Origin: Anaeroplasmataceae bacterium
GTDB taxonomy: Bacteria; Bacillota_I; Bacilli_A; Acholeplasmatales; Anaeroplasmataceae
Length of the DNA stretch: 64,000 bases
Direction of reading: 5' to 3'
NCBI GenBank assembly: GCA_963590725.1
Contig: CAVAQB010000092.1
Coordinates: 32,864 to 96,863 of the forward strand
The notes under the pieces were generated by a model, which was not told the DNA's origin, did no database searches, and saw only the letters and a list, made by a program, of their open reading frames with translations. Numbering within the stretch: the first letter of the stretch is position 1; every line of letters begins with the position of its first letter. The translations under genes were made by a program, and so were the position numbers. Of the stretch, positions 1-15,500 are shown piece after piece.

Positions 1-2
1 CA

Positions 3-3000
3 GAACAACAAGAAGGTACTACTATTGATAAAATACCTGAAAATCGGTTAGCTAAATTAAAAGAAATTTGGGAAAAAAGTAATCCGTCAGAACAAGTACA
101 TATAGCTGCAGGTGTATTCCAAAACATAATAGAAAGGTCAAGTGTTATTGTAAATCAAAATGCGAAAGCATATACAGATTTATTGTCAAATCAAGAAGTA
201 CAGGAATTACAAAGATTAGCCGCAACTGTTCAGAATAATGCGTTTTTAGGGGATGATAAATTAGCAAGTGCTACTGATAATTTAAATGGAATGGCCATAT
301 CTTTGGCTAGTGCATTTAATGTTGACGATGCTTATAAGCAAGCTATTCAGGACAGAAATAAAGCCCAAGCTGAATATGAAGAAGTTAAAAAAGAAGTAAT
401 AGAAAATCAGAAACTTACTAATGAAGATACAACAATTAGTGAAGAAAATAAAAAAAATAGATTAACTGACTTAATACAAAAACTTGAAGAAGCTAAAGTA
501 AAAAGAGATGAAGCCATTAATAAGTCAAGTGAAATATTAGTATAGACAACAGCAGAAAGAATTAAAAATGGTATAGAGCAATTTTCACAACCTTATTTAG
601 ACCAAGGCTGGGCTAATACTCAAGTAAAAAATTCTTTATTAGCAATGATTAATTTTGCACATTAGTATTATGAAAAATTAAAATTAGAGCAATCGACTAA
701 AATTGGAGAAATAGAAAAAGATAAAAATCTTAGTAAAAATGAAGCTCTCGAACTAAAAAAACCACATCAAAAATTAGTAAGCCTTTATAACAGTAATAAA
801 AAACTTCTAACTAAAATTAAAAAATAGGTAATTAAATTAACTAATTCTCCTATCGAAGCTTTATTAGATCAATTTGCAATAAGTATTGATTCTAAAATTA
901 AAGCTAGTCAAATAATAAAAATTGCTAATGAAAGTTTAGAAAAATCTTCTTCTGATTTGTCTCAATATTCTTTGGCTGAAGATACAAGACAGCAATTAAA
1001 AGAAATTTTAATTCTCATGGATTTAGTTGCTAATACTCTATAGGGAATGAAAGTTGATAATGGAGATTTAGGAAATCTTTATGGATATACTAAAACTTTA
1101 AATCAAATTGCTCATAAAATAGGATTAGAGAATTATGTAGACATGGCTCAAATAGATTCTAACGTGGCTGAAATATTTTTACAAGATTTAAACGGAATTA
1201 GGTCTAGAGTAGCGTTTATGTTAAATGTTTTAAATATTAATCAAGGTTAGAAACTCGCTGAACATAGACGTGTAGGAATAAATAAAAACTATTTATTTTA
1301 TCAAAAAATGGTTAATTTTGTAAATACCGACGATGAAGATTGGAAAGATTTAGATGAGTTAAAATCTATAGTTGATAAAGCAGGAACACTTAAAAAATAC
1401 TATAAAGAACGTAAATTAGATATACCTAGAGAATCTGAAAAAGAAATAGAAAAAGAAACATTAGCTATAGAAGATGCAATAAATGTATTTTTTACTAAAA
1501 ACATAGATAAAGTTTCAGATGTTAAAACTTTTGGTAGTTTTATACGTAAATCTATAGGTGATTTATATGCTAATCCATCAGATATTTTAAATGTTAATAC
1601 CAAAACAATGGACGATAATTCATTTTTTTGGTGGTTAGCAACTAGAGCTGCTGTATTATCTACTGACTTTCATAAAGAATTTGCTGAAATTTAGGATGAT
1701 ACAATTGCGCCTATTCCAACACAAGAATTAGCAATTTATACTAATTATGCTAGTATAATGAATAAATCTATGTTTATTCATTTTTATAATGGACTTAGAG
1801 AAGCTATAAAAGAAGATTGGAAATAGAAAAATAAAGAACAACGACTTAAAGTAATTGAAAAACAAAATAAAGATTTAAAGTAGGTGTTTGCATCTTCTGA
1901 AAACGCAGAAGATAATGCTAAAGATTATGTATTTTTAGATGTAATAGCTCCCCGTTACGCAGCAATTACTTTTACAGAAGGTATCACTGGAAGTGGTAAA
2001 ACTAATGGAGTTTTTGCTCAAACTATAAAAATGATTAAAAAAAATCATTCTGAACTATTAGATAATGTGTTTTATGTATATGCTGCTGGTGATAATACTG
2101 AAGAAGCTTAGAAAAAAGCTAGAAAACATGCTGAAGCTGGTGCTATTAATCAAGGATTAGATCCTAAACATACTACTTTTATGAGTAGAGAGGATTATAT
2201 GAAGACTATCACTAGCAATAGAGATAAAGCTGAATATAAAGGCAAAGGTCAATATACTGTTAACTAGTCTAGAGTTATTTATAATGGAGAAGATTTAATA
2301 TCTAATAGTACTTTATCAGATTAGAATATTCCAACTTTAGTCTTTGTAGATGAGGTTACAAATATTGATTAGTTGGATTTGGATGATATTAATAATCACG
2401 CTTTAAAACATGGATATTCTGTAATAACAGCAGGCGATACTACACAGTCAGGAGTTCAAGGAGTAATTAATTTAAATGATACGAAAAGTTTAGGAGTTGA
2501 TATGACGACTGAGGCTACCTTAACTTTACAATTATTTCCTACTTATTTTCCAAGGTCTCCTAAACAAGGTGTATCTATGCGAACAGCAAATTCTCAAAAA
2601 ACTAGAAATCTAGCAGCATTACAAGCTTGGGTACAAGATTCTAAACAAACTATACCTTTACATTTTTATAAAGATGATGAGAAAGGAATAATGGGAGATA
2701 CGTATTTTGATCGTGATGATTGGGAAGGGAGTGATGTTAATGAGGATGAAGAAGTAAGTCAAGATTTAAAAAATGACATACAACTTATGATAGATACACT
2801 CAAACCTGATTAGAAGATAGGCTATGTTTATGAAGATGAAAATACTAAACTTTATAAGTTTTTAATGGATAATTATAAAGATAAAATAGAGTTATTACCA
2901 GGAACTACATCTCAAGGACAAGAAGGACAATATTATATTATAGAAATGGCTTCAAATAATCTTACGTTTGTAAAAGATATGTATACTGCTATTACTCGTT

Positions 3001-6000
3001 CTTCTCAAGCTAGTATTATAGTGTCTGACGAAGGTTTTAAAGGTGATCCTATAGAGGATTCTGAAACGCACGATGAATCTTTAGCACCTGAGGCGATTAA
3101 AAAATATTCAGAAAACAGAGTAGCATTATTAACAGATTTAACTAAATCGGGTAAAGATGTTGAATATATACCATTTATAGAATCTAAAAAGAAATCTAAA
3201 AAACCAGTACAATCTCCCGAATTAAAAAATGCTAATGATGTTATTCTCAAAGAAGGACATTGGATAATATATCCTGCAAATCCTGATATAGTAGCAAAAA
3301 TAATAAGTGTTGATTCAAAAAATAAAACTATAACTACTGAGCCTAGTATTCCAAATATAGATATAGATCAAATAAATGCTATATTTGACTCAGAGGAAAA
3401 TGCAAAAGCTACTTTAAATACACAAGAAACTGTAGAAGATTGGTTAAATAAAAATTCTATAGAAAAAGGTAATAAGGTTATAGAAAAAGGTACTAATGAA
3501 GTATATACTCTTATTGATATTGTAGAAGACGAAAACAACGAAAATAAACATATAGTTAAATTAGAAAATTCAAAAGGCGATAATCGTGAAATTAGTTTTG
3601 AAGATTTTTTCAAATCTAAATGGGAAAAATATGTAGATGAGCCTCAAATTACATCTATAAAATCTCCACAAGGTAAGGATATAACTATAGGTAGTTGGAT
3701 ATTACGTAAAGATGCCCAAACAGGTACAGGCATTATAGCTCAAGTTACTAAAATCGAAGGCAATAAATTAATTACAGAAGGAGATTTTTCTGAATGTTTA
3801 GTGTCTGATGTAATAAATGTTTCAAAGAGTAAATTAGGTTCATTGAAACAACAAGAGTCATATAATAAAAATTAGAATCTGAAATCAAAAGATGAAGTTT
3901 TGGATGACGATGGATTAGTTGATGATGAAAAATTACACGAACAAATAGAAACACTAAATTCAAAAATAAATAGATTAATTGATAATAATACTCCATTTGA
4001 AAATGATGCTTGTAATATTTATTTATATAGTTTTAATACTTGTGAAACAGGTGTTGATGAAGATATTGATGGTTTTCCAATTTAGTTTGGAGATTCCGAA
4101 TTAAAAACCAATCGTATAGATAGTATTAATGGTTTAATGAAACTTAAATTAAATAATAGATATTACAATTCTAATCCAAAACATCCTGAATTATTAACGG
4201 TTTAGCAATATACTGATATTATTTGTGAATTGAGAAAAATTATTCTTAATACAAAAAATAGAGACGATATAAGTAAAAAAATTCAAGATGTTCTTAGTAA
4301 ATATTTCGTTATTGAAAAAATTTCTAGTACATTTGGACTTAGTACACATATTGATGACGGTAGATCAACATCAACAGGAGAATTTAAAAGAGCTACTAGA
4401 ACACCTGATGAAAAGTTAAAATTTATAAATAATTTAGAAAATGATCCGAACGCTCAGAAAGCATTAAAAATTAGACGTAAAACAATATCTATTATTATTG
4501 CTGAAGGGGAATAGGATATATTGGAATTACCAATTTTAACTTTCGCTAATCCTTTGACATTATTTCAACAGTAGAAACTACCTTTATCATCAAATGATTA
4601 TAATGAATTATCTAAAATATCGGACTCTTATAAATTGTTAACAGAATTATTTAAAAAATTTAAAGATAACAATAAAGGTATCAGTAAATTAATTGCATTA
4701 TATTTAGGTATTAATATGGATGAAAAGCAAGGTTTGCATAATGGAGATTCTTTTATAGAATTTTCCGATAAAAAATGGACACCTAGTAATAATTTAACTA
4801 ATATGGGAGTTTCTGTAACATCTGATAATAGAGGTATTGATTATTTTGAACAAGGTTATAATATGATTCCTGTTTATACTGATATTAGTAAAATTGCGGA
4901 AAATAAAGCATTACATATCTCTGAATAGATTTATTATGTTGAAGATGATTTTATTTTAGATAATAACGGTGAACCTATTAAATTTGAAGGTAATGATTCA
5001 CTAATTCAATCAGGTATGCCTTTTGTATTAATTACAACTGATAATGATTTGTATGATGATACAGAAATGTATAATGCTTTTATAGAAGATTTAGCAAAAA
5101 TGTCTAAAGATACAACTAAAACCGCAAGAGTTAAATTAGTATATATTGTTCCACCTAGTGTAGGATTACAAGATTATGTTGAAAGTTTAGCTAAAGTAAT
5201 TACTAATCAAAACGGTGCTGAAGATATAGGATTTATATATACAGCTTATCATATTCTTCGAAAATTATCTGAAAAAGAAACTTTGTATAATTTGCTTTCT
5301 GGAAAAGTCACATTAAATAATGAAAAGAATTATATCAAAGCGATTAGTGATATGATTGAAGAATCTAAATCAAAAAATGAAGAAGAGTTAAAAAAATGGT
5401 TGAACGAAACTATAAATCATATTACGGTAGGTGTAAGTAAAAATAATAAACAAGGTTAGAGATTTGAAATATTCAAGCGTTTTCTACTCGATTTATATTA
5501 TCCATCGATGTCTAACGAAGGAAAAAAATCAAAAAATTCAGCAGGAAAACTAAATTAGGAAAACGCAAATTATTTAAACGATTTAGCTAAAAACATACCT
5601 ATTAGATATAGAGCAGCTAAAGATCCAAATGCAACAGATATAGGAATATTCCATCCAATTAAAAGCACAGGATATTTTTATAAAAATAATGCAGGTCAAA
5701 AAATTCCATTTTCTATTAACGCTGCCATTAATACTAATTAGTATATAGCGGATGTATCTAAATTATTAGATGATATATTAAATGTTAAAAAACATAAAAA
5801 CGATATGAGTTATTATATTAAACGTCATATTGTAGCTAAACCTAAAACAAATAATTCTTTAAATTCAGTTAAGACATTTGTAGAGAATGAAATAGGAATA
5901 AATGTAGATAGTTGTAAATCTATAGATGAAATAGTAAATACAATTAACAATAGTAGTAAATATATAGCTTTTAAGAATAAATATGATAATCGTATTACAG

Positions 6001-6506
6001 TATTTAATGAATGTGATTTAGATATAATATCTTTTGAAGATTTAAAAGGTAATTCAACTAACACTATTTCAAAAATAGCTAAAGGTAAATCAGTTAAATT
6101 AATTGCTGTAACAAAAGATGGTACTAAATTAGATGCGATATGTTCTATGAGTAAAGAAGGAAAACTTGAATTAGAAATAATACATCCTGATGATTCTTCT
6201 AATACTGGAATACAAATAACTGAAGAGATGTTTAACCAAATTCAAAATGCATTTAATGATGATAGTAATCCTAGAGCTAAATATATTGGTCGTACTGTAT
6301 TTTTTGACATCATATCAAACGGTGATGCAGATGTTGTACAAAAAGCAATTCAAGAGAAAAGTGAAAAACTTATAGACATGCTCGATGGTGTAATTGCACC
6401 TAATGTAGTACAAATAATGAAAGATATACATGATAGTAAACAAGAATAGAAAACAGCTTGTGAAAGGTCATCTACTATATTAAGTAGAGTAACACAATCT
6501 AAATGA
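3..6506 (+). CDS. Giant late/virion-type protein, 5' end outside the window (more than 2,160 codons). Contains a RecD/Dda-like SF1 helicase core and requires TAG read-through.
   Basis: One frame is open from base 3 to TGA 6504-6506 apart from about 23 in-frame TAG. ORF-track pieces 183..545 through 5805..6449 all share this frame. Motifs: Walker A GITGSGKT (1980-2003), Walker B VFVDEV (2340-2357), GDTTQ (2433-2447), TSQGQE (2907-2924), YTAITRS (2982-3002). Confidence 0.8.
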
Positions 6507-6543
6507 TTCAGATTAAATATTTAATTTTATAAACATATATTAT

Positions 6544-9500
6544 ATGGCAAAAATATGTACTGTAACCAACGAAGTCATTAATAAAATAGTAAATGAAATA
6601 AGTGAAAAACGACTAAGCGGTATACTTAACGGTGCTTCTAACGCTACAATTCTAAATGAAACAACAGCTTATTTAGCTAGTCTTAATTCACAATATAGAA
6701 TGACAGCAAAGGCCATTAAATTGCTCAAAACAAAACTTGATACTGTAGGTATAACAGCAGATGAAAGTACGTTCCCAACAAGAAATATGGAATCAATTAT
6801 TTCAGATGGAGGTAAGGTTGAGATTCCTACTGTTAATAACGATAATAGTACCACAAAACTTGAAGAATCAGAACGTAATGTATTAATAAAAGATGTTAAA
6901 AGTGACTTTTTAGTAAAAGCTTACGGTACAGCTACTGAAGTGCGCCAGGCTGCAGAACATTCTGCAGCCGTTGCACTTTTCAATAAAGTAGTTATAGACC
7001 GAGAAAACGGACGAAAAGTAGAAACCGAACATGATATAAATGATAATTTAAGACATTATCAGCAACAATTATTATGGACTATTAAAGAATATATAACAGA
7101 ACGAAACAAAAAAATTGGAGTAGATAATAGTATATGGGATGATATAACAATGTATAAAGAAGATAATGGAGTTTTAACTTATACAAAAAAAGTACACGAT
7201 TTAGAATCAGAAATATTAAAAGCATTATCTCATGATAATTTTCCAGATGAACTTCTAAATTTTTATTTTGAATCACCTGAAGGTAGTTATGAAAGAAAAG
7301 CATTAGACGCATATAATGCTTGGCAAATATTATCTCATTTTGATACTTTTGTACAACTACGTTATGGTAAATCTCTAGAAATCTCTAATTTCGGAGATAT
7401 GTTTTTTACTGGATAGGACAAATACAAAAAAGCAGATAAAGGAGCTAATAATAAAACCACTTGGCGTACAACTGAAGAAATTATTTTATCTGATGAAATA
7501 GATAAAATAGTTCAAGAAATGGTTACAAGTACACCTTTATATTCATATGGTTCTCCAATTCCTATGACAAATGCGTATTTAAGCTTTAATGCGTTTTGTC
7601 AAGTTATAGGTAAACTGAAAGATATAGGATGGAAGTCTGGAGATTTAGTATTTGATTTTAATAGTGCTAATCAAGTTATACGTGAAAAATCACAATTATC
7701 TAGCAGAAGTATGCGAGTTCTACAAGGAGAATCTATACAAAGTGTTATAAATAGAATAAGAGAAAATCCTTCTAAATATCTATCTGCTATACTTGAAGCA
7801 ATGTCTAATACATATTGGTATAACTAGTTAGCTCAAAAAGGATTTTTAACTGATTTTAATGACGACGAAAAAGATGTTATTTATACTATACATAAAGGTT
7901 TAACTGGTGATTATAATGAAAATTCAATTGCAAGTATTGACTATTCTTTATATGGACAAATTGCACAATCTGTAGATTCTATATTTACTGTAAAATTTTT
8001 ACAATATTATACAGGATTAGACGATGTGACTAAAGTTAGAAGTATGTCTGACGATAGATTAGATGGAATTATTCGTAATATAAAACAAAGTATTATTACT
8101 CAAAATAGTAAACTTAATCCTAATCATTGTATAATTCATGAAGATGGTACAGCAACTATTAGAGGTAATATAAAGATTATTCCTAATTTAGCTAATAAAA
8201 AATTACAATCTATTACTATAAAAATCCCAAATACTGAAATTGAAGCAACTATACAGAAAAATGGAGATGTTACATATAAAAGAAGTGGTAAAATTTTTAA
8301 AAGTTTTTCTAAATCTCCTACTCAAAATTTTTCACAATTGTGTGATTTTGTAACAGAAATAACAGGATAGAACATCAATCAAAATATAATTGAATTAGTA
8401 TGCAAAAGAACAACATCTGGAACAATTGATGCTAACAATTTTGGAGAATCTGAGAAAAAATTAGTAGATTTAGCTTGCAGAAGTGTATTTTTATCTTATA
8501 TATCAAATACAGAATTTGGAGGAATAAAAAGTAAAAGTAATTTATCTAAAAAAATTAAAGGATTTTTCGGAAACACATCTGTTAAGATTAATACAAATAT
8601 GCGAGAAATAGACTTGGTTCACAATAAAGATATTTCTACTATTGAACGATTAGCTAATGCAATAGCTATACAAAGAGGTTTATACGCTTCATCTGTAATA
8701 AAATCGGGAGACGGTAGTTCTTATTCTGTACAATCTTTAAGTCGTTTGATTGGTTCATTAAGACAACAATGGGAATTGCAAAATAAAAAAGACGATTCAG
8801 CAAGTAAAGGATTATTAATCTTAGACCCTGATGCATTTAAAGGTATTTATACAGCTCGTGAATATTATGATTTAACTAGAAGCACCGATCATACTGATTT
8901 TTCAGTTAAAGAATTTGGTTCTGCTATGTTTGTACAAGATTTCATAGGTGGTTTATGTGATAATAGTGATGATTTCAATCCTTTATTAGGAAATGGTAAA
9001 ATAGCTATTCTCCCATCTGTAAACTCTGATAAGAACACAATCGGACGAATTATAATAGACACTACTAAAACTGTAAATATAAATGGTGAAGATATTCAAA
9101 TTCGTAATTTAACCATTGATTAGTTAGAAACATTTATATGTAAAGAATTAGGTCAACTTTATAGTAATATATTATATAGAACTGATGCTGATTTCGATAA
9201 ACTATTTACTTGGATAAATCAAACGAAAGGATTGAATATTAAAAGTAAAAAAGCTAGATTAACTTTAGATAACACATCAGGTCTTTCTAAATATAATAAC
9301 GAAGCATTTTTTGCTGAATTTAATGAAGCATTTAAATTAAGAGAAACATATATAGACCTAGATGGAACCGATATTAATTTATCTTGGGATGAAATAGTGG
9401 CTAATAATCCAGATGCTGAGTCTTATGAATTCTTAGGAGTTACTTATAAAAAAGGACAGAAACCTAAAAAACTTTATGAATCAGCAAAAATATTAAATTC

Positions 9501-12500
9501 TTTTATAAAAGAATATAATTTAGCACATAGAAATAATCCTATATCTTTTACAGACCAAGTACATTTTATAGAAAATAAGGATGGAAGCATTGGAGTTAAT
9601 AGTGTATTACAAGGTTATCAATCACGTTTTAAAAATCCAACAGAATTAAATGAATTCTTTTATAGGAAAAGCACTGATGTTTTAGGTACTTTATTAAGAA
9701 ATAATTTTAGAGTAGACTTAGCAAATGATTCTAAACAAGCAACTTATATAAAACATTATTTCAAAGATAATCCAGAGTGGATTAATAAAGATAACGGTGA
9801 AATGGTTTTAGGTAAATTACGCATTTAGAATGATACTGAAACAGAAGTAGAAGTAGAAGTAGACATTATAGGTCAAAACCATTTAAACAATTTTTATTAT
9901 TAGTTATCTCATGATGAAGTAGAAACTAAAGGTGAAGTAATTACAAGGTTAAGTCCACTTAGTAAGATTAAACAAGCAGAAGCTGAACTTGAAGAAACTA
10001 TAAATAAACATAAAGACAAAGAAGGATTTGAATATACTTTAGCTAGAGAAAAACGTAGATTAGACGAATTAAAAAGACTACGAGAAGGAATAATAAAAAA
10101 AGAAATTTTATATAATCCTCAATTAATAGCTGATTTACATGAATTTGGAGTTGAATTTGAATTAAATCCTTTACTTAATCAATATAATCATTTAGATTAT
10201 TTGTTCTCACAAGAATTTATGATTTCTACTGTAGGTTCTTTGATAGCACATCCCGCTAAAGGAGCTTTGAATAATAGTCTTGAAGCATAGGAAGCAGCAC
10301 GTTTTAACGCACAACATAAACGTAATGTATCTTACACAGCAGCAATGCAAGAATTTACATTGGGTTTAATGGATGGAATACCTTCCGATTATAATATTGC
10401 TGTAGTTAAAGATGTATTTGATTTAGTTGGAAATGTTACTGGTAATGAAGATTCAGTAAAACCCTATGATGGTGCAACATTCGTAAATCCATTTATTGTT
10501 TATTTGGAAAACGCTTCATTAGGTGCAGCTAAAGCGGGTATTACTAAGAAACAATTTGTACATTTTTATGATGAACATACTGCTACAGGTGGTATTATCA
10601 AAACTTGTGGTTTTGGTATTACTAATGATTGGATGCGCAATTCTCCTAGACTTTAGAAGTTAATGCGTAAAATGACTAATGGAACTTGGATTGATTCTAA
10701 AAATTAGCCAGTGGATTTAGACATCACACATGCTTATGATGATTCAGAAATAGGATATGACGATATATATTTTAGAAAAAATGGACAATATTATCATATA
10801 ACATCTATTAAAAAAGTTGGAATTAATGCTTATGATATAAAAGGTACTGTAGTTGACGTAACAAATAAGTCTGGGCAATTACAAGCTAAATACAAAGAAG
10901 AATCAGATGAAGTAAATTTAAATTCTTTATTTGGAGGAGATGAAAAAACTCCTGTTATTATTGATAACAACTATAAGTTATGGGAAGTTTTTGGAGGTAA
11001 GAACTCACTCATTTTAGATAAAACTGAATTAATTCCTTCTGAAACATCTATTACTAACGTAGTTAAAACTATGAATAGTGTAGGTATTACTCAAGAAGAT
11101 GCTAGTAATGTTAGAACTCAAGATGATATTTATCAACCTCTTAAACATTCTGATATACATTATGTAGCAACAGAAGGAGCTGTAAAACAAGGAGCTGCTA
11201 ATATAAATACATCTGATTTATACGATGGAGATAAACCTCTTAACTTTATGAGAATTCATATGTACCAAGCAGGTATTCAGTTGGATAAAGAACATCACGC
11301 TGATAATAGTGAACTTTCTTTGATGACGCAAGTAGTTAATGCTTGCGCACATCTTGGATATAGTTTAGAGGAATCTTTAAGTATGTTCAATGCTCTACGT
11401 AGTATTACTGATACTGATACAGCTGTATTACTTGATCCAATTAAAGATTATTTATCATCTGATAATGAAATAAGTAAAGAAATTAATTATAAAAAAGCTA
11501 AAGAAGCTATTGTAAATACTGTATTAAAAGCAATATCTAAACAAACATTACAAGATAATGATTTATTACGAGTATTTGCAGACGATTTGATAACTACATT
11601 GAAAGAAGGTGGAGTACTAAAGTATGATGATTTCAAAGATACATTACCTGTTGATAACCCTGGAATTTATTCCAAATTCATGTCTTCTATATCTGTATTT
11701 TTAACTAAAACAGGTATTAAAATGAAAATTCCAGGAATTCTTTCAGTATTGACTCCCTCTTATGGAATAATGTTAACTTATCAAATACCTGTAGTAAAAA
11801 AGGATAAATCTATAGAATGGCATACTTGTAAATGGGAATAGGTTGAATCTTATGCGGAACAAGCAGGTATGTCTGTAGAAGAATATCTAAATACTATACA
11901 AATTAACGCACCTAAAGTAAAAAGTACTAAAGTTGAAAATAACGAAATAAATTTAAATATAAGTAATTTCCGATTAGGTAGAAGTTATTTTATGAGAATT
12001 GGAGGTAAAGATAAAGTTATTAAAATTGATAGTGCTAAGAAATATAAAGCTTGGAAACAAAGAATCTTAACCGATGCTACTATAACCTCAGTTGTAGAGG
12101 ATATAAGAAAAGGTAGAGAACTTGGAACTTACGATGTAGAATTTGAAGGAATAATAGATTCAGAAACATCTTTACATTCATTATATGATTTAGACTCTAT
12201 TTAGAATTTATATGATTTAAAAGATGCAATAGATAGTAAAGATAAAAATGTTCTTATAAACTTTGTTGCTAGGTTAGGTTATTCTGATTTTATAGATATT
12301 GAAAAAGAAACAGTTGATGTTAAAGGTGTTGAAAAAGCTTTACGTAAATTAGTACGTCGAGATTTAGCTGTTTTTTCTAAAGATGGTGGAAAATTCTTTG
12401 AAGATTTAAAAGCTAAAGAAGTATTTGTTAAGATAAATGGGGAAAATGTTTTGGTAAATCGTTCTACAATAAAGAAGACTGCTTATGAAATGGTTTTACC

Positions 12501-15500
12501 TAAAATATTCATAGAAGAATTTGGATTAGAAACTAATGACCAATTAGATGAAATAGAACATGACCCTATGTTCTTTAGTAAACGATTGGTATAGAAATTT
12601 ACTAAAGAAATTGACCCATTTCATTATGATATAGCTTTAAAAAATATTAGTGGTAAACATTGGTATTTAGCTGAAAAAATTGCTGTTAGTACAGCTAAGA
12701 TATTCCAAAAATTGGAAATTTAGAAATTCGTAGAAGATAATAAATTGTACTGGATTGATAAAAACGGAAATCAAATATGTGAATTATATAGTGATAAAGA
12801 TGAAGTTTACAGAGATCAAGAAGGTAATTATATAATAGTTCCAGGAGAGGATGAATCTAAAGGTATTTCTCAAGATGAAGGATTTGTGCATTATCTAAAT
12901 CATTTAAACTATTCTACTGTACAAATAAGTGGAAGTGAGCATGTAGATGATTAGCTGTTTGAAATATATCTTGATTTAATTAAACAAAGTAACAATCGTA
13001 CTGCAAGACGATATGTTAAATATATAACAGCAGAAAATGTTACAGGAAATGATTATACAACTGATGGTCATACTGATTAGGATTTAGAAGCTCAAGCAGC
13101 TGCGGATAATATGAGAGCAATGAGAGAAAGAAATAATTAGTTCTCATTATATAAAGAAAGTGATTTAGATTCTTCTGAAAATCCTATAACTAAAATGCTT
13201 GTTGAACTTGGACATGAAATACATTCATCGTTTATAAAGTCACTAGAAATAGTAGCTTCAAGAACACCATCACAGTCAATGCAGTCTTTTATGCCAATGC
13301 GTATAGCAGCATTTGATAATCCTAATTTAAATACTGCATACGTTAGTACAATGCAAATTTGGTTGCAAGGTTCTGACTATGATGTTGATGCCGTTTCTGT
13401 TGCAGCTTTTGCCATAGATAAAAGTGGCAAGCTTCCTTTATGGTCACCTTATGCTAATATAAGTACACTTTTTTCTTTAAATCAATCAATGGAATTACCT
13501 TTCCCTACTGGTAAAACTATGAATGTCATAGACTATAAGTTAAATCAGTTGAAAGATGAAGAAAGAAATGAAAAAGAAGCAATAATAAAAGAAATCTATA
13601 CAAAATATTTAAGATCTGGTTTATTTGTATTTGCTCGTAAAAATGATAGTTTTGTTTTAAAGTTTAATAATGAATCTAATAACTTACCTGCAATTAAAAC
13701 ATTTTTAGAAGAAATAAATGCAAATGGATTACCTCTTCCTTTTTAGAATTTTGAAAAAGAAATTCTCAACTAGGAAATTCTTGAAAAATTATTCCCCGAT
13801 GTTGTAGATTTTAGTACTTTAGATTTTACTAAATTAAATATATTTGATGATATATAGAAATTGGTAAATAATCATAACTTATATTTAACTAAATTACCTA
13901 AATCTAAAGTAGACCAAATATCTAAGAATAAGTAGATGTATGATATGTATAATATCAGCAATGACCCTATTAATTTGATTCAAGCTCAAGCTCCTGTGGA
14001 TGTAATGACAGGTCCTTTAAAGGAACAAGGTGATAAACAGCAAGCCAATAAATTACTTGGAAACAGAACTCCAGGAAATGTATTTAATAAAGCAGAATCT
14101 ATTGAAGATAATCAAGTTGGTAAAGATGGTATCGGTATTTGTGCTGTTGGTTTAAAAGGATTTTTTGGAGCAACTACTTATGCAAATATGCTTGCTAAAT
14201 ACGGGGAAAATGATGAACTCTCTCGTTTAGTTTTAGGTAAAGAGGGAATTAAAATACATGTTCCTGGACAAATAGAGCCTAAAGTATTCAAATATATGGC
14301 TAATATCAATCCTCAACTTAGTATGTTGGATGGAAGTAACACTGAAAAAATTCTTTATGAAGCTTTAACTAATAATAATTCTGATACTGATGCTGCATTG
14401 ATTCTATCAGCTTTACTTAGTTTGGCTACTGATAATGCCAAAGAGCTACAGTTGAGTAAATTGAATGCTGGAACTAAAACTATTGGAATGTATATTTATG
14501 GTACAGCTATAGGTATGGAATTTCAAGACTTAGTTAAAATTATGACTTCTGATGTAGCTTTGATGATTACAGATTTAACTAAAGGTAATGTATTTACTAA
14601 TGAAAAAGGTTTATTCTCCTTAGATAGTGTATTTAGTTATTTAGAAAATGGTCCAATGTCTTTATTAACCAAATACGCTAATCCTATTATTCATGACGGT
14701 ACTGTTTATACAAGCATATTATAGCAAGTGGGTAATTTTTTAAATAAGAAGATGGAAAATAAATATGGTAAAGATTCAAGAAATTTAACTTTAAATCAAG
14801 TTTTAGGAAAAATAGCTTGGATTGGTCAAACTAATAAACAGATGCAAGAAGAATGGAATAAATTAAATAAGAAAGGTAAGAGTGAATATAAAAATAATTT
14901 TTATGAATTCCGAGTTGCTAAACTAAAAGCTGAGCGTAATGAAAAAATAAAATTATTGAATGATATGAAAGCTAAAAGTAAGCTTAAATATTCAACAATT
15001 TTCGGAAGAGCATCTACTGAATACGCATCAGAACAAGATATGCAAAAATTCAACTAGTGTATAAGTAGACTTCAAGATTATGTCAGACAAGTATATGTTG
15101 TGAAAAATCATATGTCAACATATAGGTCTATTAAAACGTTGGCTGAAGGCGGTGAAGAATTTAGAGTATTAGGTCAAATTTTAGGTTTGAACCAAGGATT
15201 AAAAACTAAGCCTGAAGAATTATTGTAGAAAGTATATAGTATTCAAAATATAATCCAAGATAGATATAACGTAGAATAGAAAAAACAAAAAAGGGATTAT
15301 ATAAGAAATGCCTTACATGATACATCTTTAAGTAAAAAGATAAACATTCATAAAAATACAACTTGGAAAATGTTTGATTTATTCAAATTCTGTACAGATG
15401 ATGAATATAAAGCAGCTTAGACTAAAAAATATGATACAATAAAACACAGCATTAATATATTAGATGTAGCAGCTACTGTACCTCATTTTGCAGGATATTT

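Noticed and set aside
9844-9861. (GAAGTA)x3 tandem repeat
   Set aside because: It is in-frame coding sequence (EVEVEV) inside the RNAP-like gene. It is too short to be a meaningful repeat element.
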